In this document: positions 1 through 8,613 of the stretch, piece by piece | How the letters are laid out: each line of letters opens with the position of its first letter | Numbering within the stretch: position 1 is the first letter of the stretch | Virus record (IMG/VR): IMGVR_UViG_3300008450_000121 | Location: 1-39,503 of that record | Strand: one strand, 5' to 3' | DNA from: a virus | Taxonomy: Duplodnaviria; Caudoviricetes | DNA length: 39,503 nucleotides | Made by a program: the position numbers and the translations under genes | The notes under the pieces: model-generated | What the model was told of the DNA's origin: nothing | Database searches by the model: none | What the model saw: only the letters and a program-made list of their open reading frames with translations

Positions 1-8
1 AAACGCAG

Positions 9-17
9 TGATATATT
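9..17 (+). promoter_or_regulatory. Possible extended -10 promoter element (TG-a-TATATT)
   Basis: TGATATATT at 9-17 matches TGnTATAAT with one mismatch. It would place +1 at about 23-25, just before the structured leader. The -35 region lies outside the window. Confidence 0.4.
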
Positions 18-26
18 GCACCCACC

Positions 27-99
27 CCCGGACTTTCCGGTGTATCTGACGGCTCCGGGCCGACGTCATGCAGACAGATACGCCTTAACCGCATGAGGA
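27..99 (+). ncRNA. Putative pseudoknotted cis-regulatory leader RNA
   Basis: Complementary segments: 39-48 GGTGTATCTG / 75-84 CAGATACGCC (10 bp, 1 GU); 27-32 CCCGGA / 54-59 TCCGGG; 66-71 TCATGC / 91-96 GCATGA. The last helix overlaps the SD GAGGA (95-99). Confidence 0.55.
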
Positions 100-106
100 A
101 AAAATC

Positions 107-640
107 ATGGCTCAGACTACTTTCCAAGGCCCAGTTCGTTCGTTGGCTGGCTTCTACACCCAAGGCCCAGCTTCCGTTGTCAACTTGGCAAACGGCACCA
201 ACACCGTGACTCTGGACGTTGCCACATACGCTGGCAAGACCATTCGCACCAACGATGCCACATTGGTCATCACCCTGCCCGCAATCAACACCACAGCTAA
301 CCCTGTGACCTCTGGCCCCGGCCAAGACCCCAACACCGTGAACAACGTGGGCACCAGCTACACCTTCGTGGTTGAGACTGCTGCTACTGCTTGGGCCTTG
401 AAGACCAACGGCACCGACAAGTTTGTTGGCTCCTTGCTGATGGTTGACACCGACAGCTCTGGCGCAGTGACTGGCTTTGCCCCTGCCGCAGCCAACGATG
501 TGATCAACTTGGACGGCTCCACCACTGGCGGTATCGCTGGTTCGACCATCACAGTGACTGTGCTGGCTGCCAACAAGTACATGGTCACTGGCGTGCTGCT
601 GGCCTCCGGCTCGGTTGTCACCCCATTCGCTGACGCTTAA
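107..640 (+). CDS. Putative virion structural protein (head decoration/minor capsid-like)
   Basis: SD GAGGA; 177 aa, Thr/Gly/Val-rich beta-type composition; N-terminal MAxTTFxGPVRS typical of proteins encoded after phage capsid genes (recognised from memory). Confidence 0.65.
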   Translation: MAQTTFQGPVRSLAGFYTQGPASVVNLANGTNTVTLDVATYAGKTIRTNDATLVITLPAINTTANPVTSGPGQDPNTVNNVGTSYTFVVETAATAWALKTNGTDKFVGSLLMVDTDSSGAVTGFAPAAANDVINLDGSTTGGIAGSTITVTVLAANKYMVTGVLLASGSVVTPFADA

Positions 641-648
641 TCAATCTG

Positions 649-670
649 GGGGCTTTGGCCCCTGCTTTAC
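649..670 (+). terminator. Short GC hairpin, weak terminator or mRNA-stabilising stem
   Basis: GGGGC-TTTG-GCCCC immediately after the stop of 107..640, followed by only a weak T tract (TGCTTTAC). Confidence 0.35.
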
Positions 671-681
671 AGGAGATTGAT

Positions 682-1197
682 ATGGGCATGCAAACTGACG
701 TAAAACAAGCGCATCTAAACCAGAGTGGTTTTTTTGTTCTTGGAAGAAACCGTGTTAAAGGCGTTTCTTTTTTTGGTGGCAGCGGGACCTTGGTTTTGTT
801 TGATACAACCGCAGCTCCAGTAACTTCAAGCGTTACATATGGTCGCTCGGGAACCACGGTAACGATAAGTAAAACGGCTCACGGGTTAACAACCGGCACT
901 ATTGTAGGCATTCACTTTGTTGCTGGCACTGGCGGTGCTGCCACCGATGGAAACTACCCTATTACCAGAGTAGACGCCGACACATTTACACTCACAGACA
1001 TCAACACTGGAAACATTACAGCCACTCCAGCAGCGATTTATGTCAGTGGTGCAAATCGTTGGCTGTTGACCTATGAAACCCACTCATCAGACGAGTTCCA
1101 AAACGCTCCACTTATTCCCGGCGAAGGTGTGTTGGCAGTAAATGGAATTTATGCCTACATGAGTGCAATTGACGCAGCGCAGATTTACTATGGCTGA
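682..1197 (+). CDS. Putative virion structural protein with inserted small beta-domain
   Basis: AGGAG SD before ATG 682 (track start 655 is probably too early). Contains TVTI..AHGL..G..V...NYxITxVDADTFT, also present in the 15061 protein. Confidence 0.65.
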   Translation: MGMQTDVKQAHLNQSGFFVLGRNRVKGVSFFGGSGTLVLFDTTAAPVTSSVTYGRSGTTVTISKTAHGLTTGTIVGIHFVAGTGGAATDGNYPITRVDADTFTLTDINTGNITATPAAIYVSGANRWLLTYETHSSDEFQNAPLIPGEGVLAVNGIYAYMSAIDAAQIYYG

Positions 1198-1939
1198 AGA
1201 AGAACGCCCGATGAACATTGCAGGTCGCAAACTGATGATTGCGATCCCTGCTTACGATGGCAAACTGAACATCAAAACCTCCTTTGCCTTGGCCGATCTC
1301 GTGGTCAAGGCATCGAAGTTTGGCGTTCAGGTTCAGCTATCGCACCTGTCGGGCTGCTCTCTTATCACCAAGGCTCGCAACGTCTTGGTGGCTAACTTCC
1401 TTGAGTCGGACTGCACAGACATGCTGTTTGTGGATGCCGACATCGTGGTAGATGCTGAGTCTGTTTTGCGCCTGCTGGCACTGAGTACAGGCAAGGACAT
1501 TACGGCTGGCATGTACACCCGCAGGGCAGAAGACCGCAAGTTCTTCTTGGACATTTACATTGACCAAAACAACACCCTTGAGTTTGACGCTCACGGGATG
1601 TTGCGTGTTGAGAACGTAGCCACTGGGTTCATGATGATCCAGCGCCATGTGCTTGAGACGATGATCCAGAATCACCCCGAGTGGAGGTATCTGAATGACG
1701 CCTACAGCCGGGATGAGTACGCCTTGTTTGACTTTGAGTTGTCGAACGGCCAGTACATTGGCGAGGACTACACCTTCTGCAAGCGTGCGCGGGCAGATGG
1801 GTTTACGGTCTTTGTTGACCCCGAGATTACCCTGCCGCACGTTGGCTCTCAAGAGTATCACCGCAGCTTCAAAGAGTCTGTGCTGATGCCGTTGATCGAG
1901 CAGCACTGCACCCCAAAGCTGAAGGTGGTCAATGGCTAA
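1190..1939 (+). CDS. Glycosyltransferase-like protein (GT-A/GT2-like fold)
   Basis: N-terminal IAIPAY strand, ITKARN, DxD motif FVDADI, ATGFMMI and GEDYTFC. ATG 1190 overlaps the upstream stop region. Confidence 0.8.
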   Translation: MAEEERPMNIAGRKLMIAIPAYDGKLNIKTSFALADLVVKASKFGVQVQLSHLSGCSLITKARNVLVANFLESDCTDMLFVDADIVVDAESVLRLLALSTGKDITAGMYTRRAEDRKFFLDIYIDQNNTLEFDAHGMLRVENVATGFMMIQRHVLETMIQNHPEWRYLNDAYSRDEYALFDFELSNGQYIGEDYTFCKRARADGFTVFVDPEITLPHVGSQEYHRSFKESVLMPLIEQHCTPKLKVVNG

Positions 1940-2201
1940 AGCAACACCCAAGAAGAAAGGCCCATCCTTAGCGGTGGGTCGCGGCGAGAAGCTGCCTGTT
2001 TCTAAAGGCGCAGGGCTGACTGCCAAAGGCCGCGCAAAGTACAACGCTGCGACGGGCAGCAACCTCAAGGCTCCACAGCCTCAAGGTGGCCCTCGCAAGG
2101 ATTCGTTCTGCGCAAGGATGTCGGGTATGCCCGGTCCAATGAAGGACGAAAAAGGTCAACCAACCCGCAAGGCTGCGGCTTTAAAACGATGGAAGTGCTG
2201 A
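1932..2201 (+). CDS. Small basic phage protein (SFCARM...RWKC type)
   Basis: 89 aa, very Lys/Gly-rich; RKDSFCARM and C-terminal RWKC; coupled to the upstream gene. Confidence 0.75.
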   Translation: MAKATPKKKGPSLAVGRGEKLPVSKGAGLTAKGRAKYNAATGSNLKAPQPQGGPRKDSFCARMSGMPGPMKDEKGQPTRKAAALKRWKC

Positions 2202-2202
2202 T

Positions 2203-2442
2203 ATGGATATCAACACCATCTGGTCCGCTGGACTGTCTCTCATCATGGGAGCGGTTTGGTTTTTTATGCGCGAAAAGTTTGATGAACTCAAACGGCTTGA
2301 CATCCTGCTAAACAAAACCCGCGAGGAGATAGCTCGTGATTACACGACTAACGCAGAAGTGCAAAGAATTACTGACCACATTGACCAGCGCTTTAATCGC
2401 CTTGAAGCAAAAATTGACCAGCTTATTCAAGCGGGGAAATGA
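2203..2442 (+). CDS. Small membrane-anchored coiled-coil protein
   Basis: N-terminal hydrophobic segment IWSAGLSLIMGAVWFFM followed by an amphipathic heptad region (RFNRLEAKIDQL). Confidence 0.75.
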   Translation: MDINTIWSAGLSLIMGAVWFFMREKFDELKRLDILLNKTREEIARDYTTNAEVQRITDHIDQRFNRLEAKIDQLIQAGK

Positions 2443-2894
2443 TGCCAAGCAAGAGTAAAGCGCAGCATAATTTCATGGCGGCTGTAGCTAATAACCCAGC
2501 TTTTGCCAAGAAGGCAGGCGTCCCACAGTCCGTGGGCAAGGATTTTTCCAACGCGGACAAGGGCCGCAAATTTTCAAAAGGTGGCGATATGAAAGAGTCC
2601 AAAACGATGGTTAAAAAAGAGATCGGCTTTATGAAAAAAGCTGGTGCTCCCAAATCCATGATTAAGCACGAGATGGCCGAAGCTAAGGGTAAACCCTTTG
2701 CCAAAGGCGGTATGTCTCTGGCTAAGCATGCCTCTATGCCAGCATCCAAGGCCCACAAAGGCCTGAAGGCCGGTGGCATGGCAACCAAGATGGGCGCAGT
2801 TAAAACCGCAGCCCCCAGCATGAACGGTATTGCCTCCAAAGGCAAAACCAAAGGCACTATGGTCAAGATGGCCCGTGGTGGCAAAACCTGCTAA
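2439..2894 (+). CDS. Small basic Lys/Met/Gly-rich protein, putative internal core protein
   Basis: ATGA coupling; FSKGG, FAKGG, LKAGG and MARGG motifs; GIASKGKTKG motif; ends in Cys. Confidence 0.75.
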   Translation: MMPSKSKAQHNFMAAVANNPAFAKKAGVPQSVGKDFSNADKGRKFSKGGDMKESKTMVKKEIGFMKKAGAPKSMIKHEMAEAKGKPFAKGGMSLAKHASMPASKAHKGLKAGGMATKMGAVKTAAPSMNGIASKGKTKGTMVKMARGGKTC

Positions 2895-2903
2895 GGAATA
2901 GTC

Positions 2904-3884
2904 ATGGCGACAAAGAAGATCAAACGCTTTCAAGAAGGCGGAATGTCTGACAAAGACCGTGGACTGGAAGCATCGAAAGATGAGAAGGTTGGCTTCTTTG
3001 AACGTCTCCGCATGGGTAACATCGATGAAGAGGGCTCTGAAGCCTATCGTCGTTTTGGTGCTGGTCGTGGCAAAGCAAGCCGCACACCTGTTGAAGACCG
3101 AGTGGCAACACCTGTTGGTCAGGCTGCGTCAGCAGCGCCAGCCGAGATGGACGACATGGAGGCTGCCAACGCCCGCGCACCAATCCCTGTCCCCGCAGGC
3201 CCACGAGCCGTTTCGTCTGCGCCAGCAAGGGCAGCGCCAGCAAGACCTGCCCCGGCAAAGTCTCCTGCTATGCAAGAGCAAAGCTACCGCCGCACAGGTG
3301 GCGCATCTGCTGATGATCGGGCTAAAACCTATACTCGCAGCGGTGGCGCAACGGCAGAAGATCGCGCATCTTTTCCCAGGGTTGCTCCTGCCTCCAACCC
3401 AAATTACTCCAATGAGGGCCGCACATCACCCGGGAAAGTCCAGTCCCGCATGGGCACTGTCGAGGATATTCCACGCGATACAGACATGCCCACAGTAAAG
3501 GGTGAGCGGACCAGCGGAAGCGATCTTTCGCGGAATGTTGCCAACACCATCTCTGCTCTTGGGCCCGGAAAGCTTTCTGGTATCGGGGCAATTGGCATGG
3601 AGATGCGTGGCGGTGAAGCTGCCCGCAAAGCTGCCGCAGCCAAGAAGTCTGCTGACCTTGCCCGAGAGATGAAAGAGAAGGCGCAGCCTACAAAGTTCAC
3701 CTCAAAGTCAAAAGCCACAGAAAAGAACCCATCCAAGAAAACCAAGAAGTTTGACGACTCTGAGTCAAGCATTGAGTTTAAACGGGGCGGTAAGGCGTAT
3801 GCCTCCGGCGGTTCAGTATCGGCAGCCTCAAAGCGTGCCGATGGTATCGCCTCTCGCGGTAAAACACGTTGCAAAATTTGCTAA
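2904..3884 (+). CDS. Low-complexity basic protein, putative internal core protein
   Basis: SD AAGGA; Ala/Pro/Arg-rich, probably disordered; FQEGG, FKRGG, YASGG; C-terminal RADGIASRGKTRCKIC. Confidence 0.75.
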   Translation: MATKKIKRFQEGGMSDKDRGLEASKDEKVGFFERLRMGNIDEEGSEAYRRFGAGRGKASRTPVEDRVATPVGQAASAAPAEMDDMEAANARAPIPVPAGPRAVSSAPARAAPARPAPAKSPAMQEQSYRRTGGASADDRAKTYTRSGGATAEDRASFPRVAPASNPNYSNEGRTSPGKVQSRMGTVEDIPRDTDMPTVKGERTSGSDLSRNVANTISALGPGKLSGIGAIGMEMRGGEAARKAAAAKKSADLAREMKEKAQPTKFTSKSKATEKNPSKKTKKFDDSESSIEFKRGGKAYASGGSVSAASKRADGIASRGKTRCKIC

Positions 3885-3893
3885 GGAGTTGAC

Positions 3894-4124
3894 ATGAACG
3901 ACATGATGATGAAGAAACCTCGTGGAATTAAAGATGGTGTTTACACAGAAGACTCCGGCCTTCCTCCTCCACAGGACATCGATGGTGGCTCGGCTCCCAA
4001 GCCAAAGTCCAGAAAACCAAAAGCCTACGCCAAAGGTGGCAGCGTTACTCGCGCAGATGGCTGCATCACCAAAGCCCACACCAAGGGCAAGATGATCAAA
4101 ATGGCTGGCGGCGGGATGTGCTGA
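3894..4124 (+). CDS. Small basic protein (GG/ADG motif family)
   Basis: SD AAGGAG; YAKGG, RADGCITKAHTKG, MAGGGMC. Confidence 0.75.
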   Translation: MNDMMMKKPRGIKDGVYTEDSGLPPPQDIDGGSAPKPKSRKPKAYAKGGSVTRADGCITKAHTKGKMIKMAGGGMC

Positions 4125-4125
4125 C

Positions 4126-4359
4126 ATGATTGCCAGTCGCGGTATGGGGGCCATTGCTCCCTCCAAGATGCCCTCCGGTAAGCGTAAAGCTCGCCGGGAT
4201 GACACCGACTTCACGCAGTATGCTGCGGGAGGGCAGGTTGGGCTATATGCCAACATCCACGCCAAGCGTGCGCGAGGTGAGAAAATGCGCAAGCCGGGGC
4301 AAAAGGGTGCTCCGACGGCTCAGGCTTTCATTGACTCTGCCAAAACAGCAAAGAAGTAA
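4126..4359 (+). CDS. Small basic protein
   Basis: Tight packing; SRGMGAI, YAAGG, GLYANIHAKR...KGAPT. Confidence 0.75.
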   Translation: MIASRGMGAIAPSKMPSGKRKARRDDTDFTQYAAGGQVGLYANIHAKRARGEKMRKPGQKGAPTAQAFIDSAKTAKK

Positions 4360-4362
4360 ATC

Positions 4363-5298
4363 ATGGCATACACCTCCGGAACCGCATCATTCAATCTCGA
4401 TTTAACAGAAATCGTGGAGGAAGCTTACGAGCGTTGTGGCTCGGAGTTGCGGACGGGCTATGATCTTCGCACCGCTCGCCGGTCGCTGAACTTGATGTTT
4501 GCGGAGTGGGCCAATCGTGGTTTAAACATGTGGACGTTCGAGCAGGGGACCATTAACTTGGTCCCCGGCCAGAACACATATGCCCTGCCAGACGACACGG
4601 TTGATCTCATGGAGCATGTAATCCGCACTGGAGCCAATACGGCATCGACGCAGGCGGACCTGACCATCACCCGGATCAGCGTCTCCACATACGCCACAAT
4701 CCCCAACAAGATTCAGCAGGCTCGCCCAATCCAAGTTTGGATTCAGCGCATGTCCGGCCAAACAAACGATTCCGGGGCCCTTACCGTTGGGGCAACTACT
4801 GCCATTGCTACCACAATTGTTGTGGATGACGCTTCCGAGCTTCCTGCCGCAGGCTTCATTACCTTGGACAGTGAGCTGATTGCCTACGGCTATATCTCCG
4901 GGAACACTCTGTATAACTGCTCCCGTGGTCAGCGCAACACCACGGCTGCATCACACATCAGCGGCACAGTGGTTTACTGGTCGCAGGTCCCCGCTATTAC
5001 GGTGTGGCCTACCCCGGACAACTCGCAGACCTACCAATTCATTTACTGGCGTCTACGCCGGGCACAGGATGCTGGAGAGGGTGTAAACGTCATGGACGTG
5101 CCTTTTAGGTTCATCAATGCCATGGTAGCCGGGCTGTCGTATCAAATGGCTCTCAAGATTCCGCAGGCTATAGATCGCCTGTCTGTGTTGAAACAGCAGT
5201 ATGACGAGGCTTGGGACCTTGCATCTACCGAGGATCGTGAAAAGGCGGCGGTCAGATTTGTTCCTCGTGCCACACACATAGGAAGCGGTGGCTACTGA
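4363..5298 (+). CDS. Putative head-tail adaptor/head completion protein
   Basis: Helical N-terminus (EIVEEAYERCG...ARRSLNLMFAEW), beta core (WPTPD), helical C-terminus (LKQQYDEAW). This layout is typical of podovirus adaptors; there is a central beta insert. Confidence 0.65.
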   Translation: MAYTSGTASFNLDLTEIVEEAYERCGSELRTGYDLRTARRSLNLMFAEWANRGLNMWTFEQGTINLVPGQNTYALPDDTVDLMEHVIRTGANTASTQADLTITRISVSTYATIPNKIQQARPIQVWIQRMSGQTNDSGALTVGATTAIATTIVVDDASELPAAGFITLDSELIAYGYISGNTLYNCSRGQRNTTAASHISGTVVYWSQVPAITVWPTPDNSQTYQFIYWRLRRAQDAGEGVNVMDVPFRFINAMVAGLSYQMALKIPQAIDRLSVLKQQYDEAWDLASTEDREKAAVRFVPRATHIGSGGY

Positions 5299-5687
5299 TG
5301 TCGAATAGATTTGCAGCAGGCCATAAGGCGATTGCCATGTGCGACCGTTGTGGTCAGCAGTTTAAACTCAAGCAGCTCAAGACAGAGATCATCAAGCAGA
5401 GGAAATACCAACTGCTTGTATGCCATGAGTGCTGGGACCCGGATCAGCCGCAGTTGATGCTTGGCACGTTCCCGGTAGACGATCCGCAAGCGTTGCGCAA
5501 CCCTCGCAGGGACACAACGTATTTGACTTCAGGTGCTATTTCCCCCAATAGTCTTGGCGATGGCAGTAGACAGTTTCAGTGGGGCTGGAACCCTGTTGGC
5601 GGGTCAAGAGGCTTTGATGCCGCATTGACTCCAAATGACTTGGTTGCGGCGGGTTTTATTGGTACAGTCACAGTAGTGACGAGTTAA
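5298..5687 (+). CDS. Zinc-ribbon phage protein
   Basis: CDRC...CHEC pair followed by DPQALRNPR; TGATG coupling. Confidence 0.75.
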   Translation: MSNRFAAGHKAIAMCDRCGQQFKLKQLKTEIIKQRKYQLLVCHECWDPDQPQLMLGTFPVDDPQALRNPRRDTTYLTSGAISPNSLGDGSRQFQWGWNPVGGSRGFDAALTPNDLVAAGFIGTVTVVTS

Positions 5688-5697
5688 GGAGTTAATC

Positions 5698-5892
5698 ATG
5701 GCATTCACACGATCTGCTGACGGCATCGCCAAAAAAGGTAAAACCGATGGCAAAAACTTGGGCGACAGCGGCCCCACAGTCAAAGAGCTTATGGGTGGTA
5801 AGCCCAGCAAAAGCGGTGGCGGCAAACGGAACATTGACATGAAGACAATGGGCCGTGGGTTGGCAAAAATTGCAGCACAAAAGCGAGGTTAA
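5698..5892 (+). CDS. Small basic protein (ADG motif family)
   Basis: SD AAGGAG; RSADGIAKKGKTDG. Confidence 0.75.
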   Translation: MAFTRSADGIAKKGKTDGKNLGDSGPTVKELMGGKPSKSGGGKRNIDMKTMGRGLAKIAAQKRG

Positions 5893-5894
5893 TC

Positions 5895-6161
5895 ATGGCT
5901 AAATTTAGTCAAAAAATGATGGGCAAAGAAGTTGGCCCTGCAAGCGTCTATGCCAAGCCGCACACAATGACGGGCAAAGTTGTGAGAGCCACAACCAACC
6001 CCGGCAAGGAACCAAACCACAGCGATGTGTCTACAGTCAATATGAGTGTGGGCGCGTTCAGCAACAAGCCTGATGGCATGGCTACCAAAACCAGCGGAAT
6101 CAAAATCCGTGGCACTGGTGCGGCCACCAAAGGGACTATGGCCCGAGGCCCGATGGCGTAA
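5895..6161 (+). CDS. Small basic protein
   Basis: SD GAGG; C-terminal IRGTGAATKG. Confidence 0.75.
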   Translation: MAKFSQKMMGKEVGPASVYAKPHTMTGKVVRATTNPGKEPNHSDVSTVNMSVGAFSNKPDGMATKTSGIKIRGTGAATKGTMARGPMA

Positions 6162-6164
6162 GAC

Positions 6165-6815
6165 ATGAACTACACCGAGTTGAAGCAAAACATTGCCGAT
6201 GTCTGTGAAAACGAATTCACAGAAAGTGACTATGCGTTGTTTGCACAGCAGGCGGAGCAACGTATATACAACACGGTGCAGTTGGCCAACTTGCGCAAGA
6301 ACGTCACCGGAACCCTGACATCAGGTAATCAATACCTTCAGGCCCCGGATGACTTTCTGTCAACTTACTCGGTGGCAGTCATTGAGCCAAACGGAACCTA
6401 CACGTTCTTGTTGAACAAGGATGTCAACTTCATCCGTCAGGCGTATCCAAAGGCAACCTCAACGGGATTGCCAAAGCATTACGCCATCTTTGGCCCAAGA
6501 ACCAATGATCCGAGCGAACTGTCGTTCATCGTTGGCCCAACGCCAAACGCAGCGTATTCGGTAGAGTTGCATTATTACTACTACCCAGAGTCGATTGTCA
6601 CCGCCGGAACCACATGGCTTGGTGATAACTTTGACTCTGCGCTGCTCAATGGCGCTTTGGTTGAGGCCATTCGGTACATGAAGGGTGAGCCAGACATGGT
6701 CAAGCTGTACCAAGATTTGTATCTTCAAGCGATTGCACTCCTCAAGAACTTGGGCGATGGCAAGCAGAGGATGGACGCCTACCGCGACGGACAAGTCCGT
6801 ATTGCAGTCAATTAA
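6165..6815 (+). CDS. Putative adaptor / tail tubular-like protein
   Basis: MNYTELK...AEQRIY, GxPKHYA, GPTPNAAYSVELHYY, LLNGALVEA; adaptor-type helix-beta-helix layout. Confidence 0.65.
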   Translation: MNYTELKQNIADVCENEFTESDYALFAQQAEQRIYNTVQLANLRKNVTGTLTSGNQYLQAPDDFLSTYSVAVIEPNGTYTFLLNKDVNFIRQAYPKATSTGLPKHYAIFGPRTNDPSELSFIVGPTPNAAYSVELHYYYYPESIVTAGTTWLGDNFDSALLNGALVEAIRYMKGEPDMVKLYQDLYLQAIALLKNLGDGKQRMDAYRDGQVRIAVN

Positions 6816-6827
6816 CAGGAGTAAGAA

Positions 6828-7283
6828 ATGGCAATCACGCAAGCAATGTGCAGCTCGTTTAAAGAGCAGCTTCTCAAAGGTGAGCACGACTTTGACACGG
6901 ATACGTTCAAGATCGCACTGTACACATCGTTGGCCACACTGAGTGCTGCGACTACCCAGTACACAGCGCCAGCAGACCCTGCTGCAAACCCTACAAGTAC
7001 CGACGAGGTTACGCAGACCGGGACAAACTACACCGCTGGCGGCAACACACTGACAGGTACAACCGTGTCCTTGTCTGGCACAACGGCGTTTGTAGACTTT
7101 GCGGACACCACTTGGACCTTGGCGACCATCACCGCCCGTGGCGCGTTGATCTATAACAGCTCGAAGTCGGACAAGGCTGTTGCTGTCCTTAACTTTGGCG
7201 CAGACAAGACCAGCACCTCCGGCAGCTTCACAATCCAAATGCCTACGAACGACGCAACAAACGCTCTGATTCGTATTGCTTGA
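6828..7283 (+). CDS. Putative tail structural protein
   Basis: SD AGGAG; FKIALY, YTAGG, ARGALIYN, AVAVLNFG; Thr-rich. Confidence 0.7.
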   Translation: MAITQAMCSSFKEQLLKGEHDFDTDTFKIALYTSLATLSAATTQYTAPADPAANPTSTDEVTQTGTNYTAGGNTLTGTTVSLSGTTAFVDFADTTWTLATITARGALIYNSSKSDKAVAVLNFGADKTSTSGSFTIQMPTNDATNALIRIA

Positions 7284-7293
7284 TGGGTAGCAG

Positions 7294-7866
7294 GTGGCAA
7301 ATGCAATCGTAGCCTTTGAAGGATGGGGCGCTTCCGGCGTAGGCTGGGGCGCTCAAGGCTGGGGTGTTGGCCACACAAACGTTACCGGCACGACTGCGCT
7401 CGGCACGGTATTTGTCCAAGAGGGAACGACAGTATTTGTTACCGGGGTGCAAGCCACGGGAGAAATTGGCTCCGTAACGGTTGCCGCAGCAAGCGTTTAC
7501 ACGCTAGACGGCGTTCAAGCTACGGGTCAAATTGGCAATGTTGATGTTACGGGCGGCGCAATTATTTCCGCCACAGGCTTACAGGCCACCACGGCGCTCG
7601 GCACTGTAACGATCAACCTTGAGATTGTTGTACCCGTCACCGGGGTCAGTGCCGATGGGCAGATTGGCTTTGTAACGGTTCAGGGTAACAATCTGGTTAT
7701 TGTCACTGGAGTCCAAGCCACGATGTACGTTGGACAGGTAAATGTCTGGGGCTTGGTGAATGACATTCAGATCGCAAGCTGGCAAAATATCAACAATGCG
7801 CAAACGCCAGTTTGGGTTAATGTAAACAACACACAATCAGCAAGTTGGCAGCAAATTGCCGCATAA
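7294..7866 (+). CDS. Putative tail fibre-associated repeat protein
   Basis: GTG start; GWG repeats; about 6 repeats of VTGVQATGQIGxVTV; C-terminal W-x-N repeats. Confidence 0.7.
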   Translation: MANAIVAFEGWGASGVGWGAQGWGVGHTNVTGTTALGTVFVQEGTTVFVTGVQATGEIGSVTVAAASVYTLDGVQATGQIGNVDVTGGAIISATGLQATTALGTVTINLEIVVPVTGVSADGQIGFVTVQGNNLVIVTGVQATMYVGQVNVWGLVNDIQIASWQNINNAQTPVWVNVNNTQSASWQQIAA

Positions 7867-7875
7867 GGAAACAGC

Positions 7876-8604
7876 ATGACAGCATATACATCCCTCTTGG
7901 GTCTCGCCCTTCCGGTTACCGGCGATCTTTCCGGTCAGTGGGGCGACACTGTTAACGATGAGATTACATCTTTGACAGACTCGGCTATTGCTGGCGCTAC
8001 AAGCTTGAGCACAGATGCCAACGTCACCTTAACCACTACGGACGGCGCAGCCAACCAATCCCGTCAAGCCATCCTTCTGTGTAGTGGTGCAAGAACGGCG
8101 ATTCGGACAATCACTGCGCCAGCCAGAAGCAAGGCCTACGTGGTGATCAATGCAACCACAGGCGGTTTCCCTGTCATCGTGAACGGCGCTACGCCGACAA
8201 CAGGCGTAAGCATTCCTGCGGGGGTCCGGGCCTTGATTGCTTGGAATGGTTCCGACTTTGTAATCATCTCCCTGTCGTCTCCTCGCGTAACGGTTATTGC
8301 GGATGCAACCTCTCTGACTGTCAACTCGGACACCACGGACATCGCCACGCAAGTCAACACACAAGTGGCGGGTACGCTGACCATTGGAGCGCCATCAGGG
8401 ACGCCCATAAACGGGCAGAGGCTAATCATCCGAATCCAGTCAACCAACGTGCAGACGTTCTCGTGGAACGCAGCATTCCAAGGCTCTGCGGACATTGCCT
8501 TGCCAACAGCTACATCCGGCTCCTCTTTGTACGACTACGTTGGCTTTCTCTACAACAGCACCGCCGCCAAGTGGCAGATGGTTGCTAAGGTCTTTGGCTT
8601 TTAA
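7876..8604 (+). CDS. Putative tail fibre (proximal/anchor) protein
   Basis: SD AAGGA; N-terminal LGLALP..G..SGxWGDTVN typical of phage fibre anchors; C-terminal beta domain. Confidence 0.7.
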   Translation: MTAYTSLLGLALPVTGDLSGQWGDTVNDEITSLTDSAIAGATSLSTDANVTLTTTDGAANQSRQAILLCSGARTAIRTITAPARSKAYVVINATTGGFPVIVNGATPTTGVSIPAGVRALIAWNGSDFVIISLSSPRVTVIADATSLTVNSDTTDIATQVNTQVAGTLTIGAPSGTPINGQRLIIRIQSTNVQTFSWNAAFQGSADIALPTATSGSSLYDYVGFLYNSTAAKWQMVAKVFGF

Positions 8605-8613
8605 GGAACTGAC

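Noticed and set aside
27-99. Assignment of the leader RNA to a known ribozyme or riboswitch class (hammerhead, HDV, SAM/SAH)
   Set aside because: I could not match the conserved cores of those classes, so it is left unassigned
764-776. T-run (TTTCTTTTTTTGG) as a slippery or phase-variable site
   Set aside because: It encodes in-frame Ser-Phe-Phe, and no alternative-frame product or stimulatory structure was evident
2578-2591. Internal start at MKESK preceded by AAGGTGG (the KGG codons mimic an SD)
   Set aside because: Plausible, but indistinguishable from a by-product of the GG peptide motif without ribosome profiling
3283-3370. Short duplication YRRTGGASADDRA / YTRSGGATAEDRA
   Set aside because: A real 2-copy repeat in a low-complexity protein, but its spacing differs from the GG consensus; not counted and of minor interest
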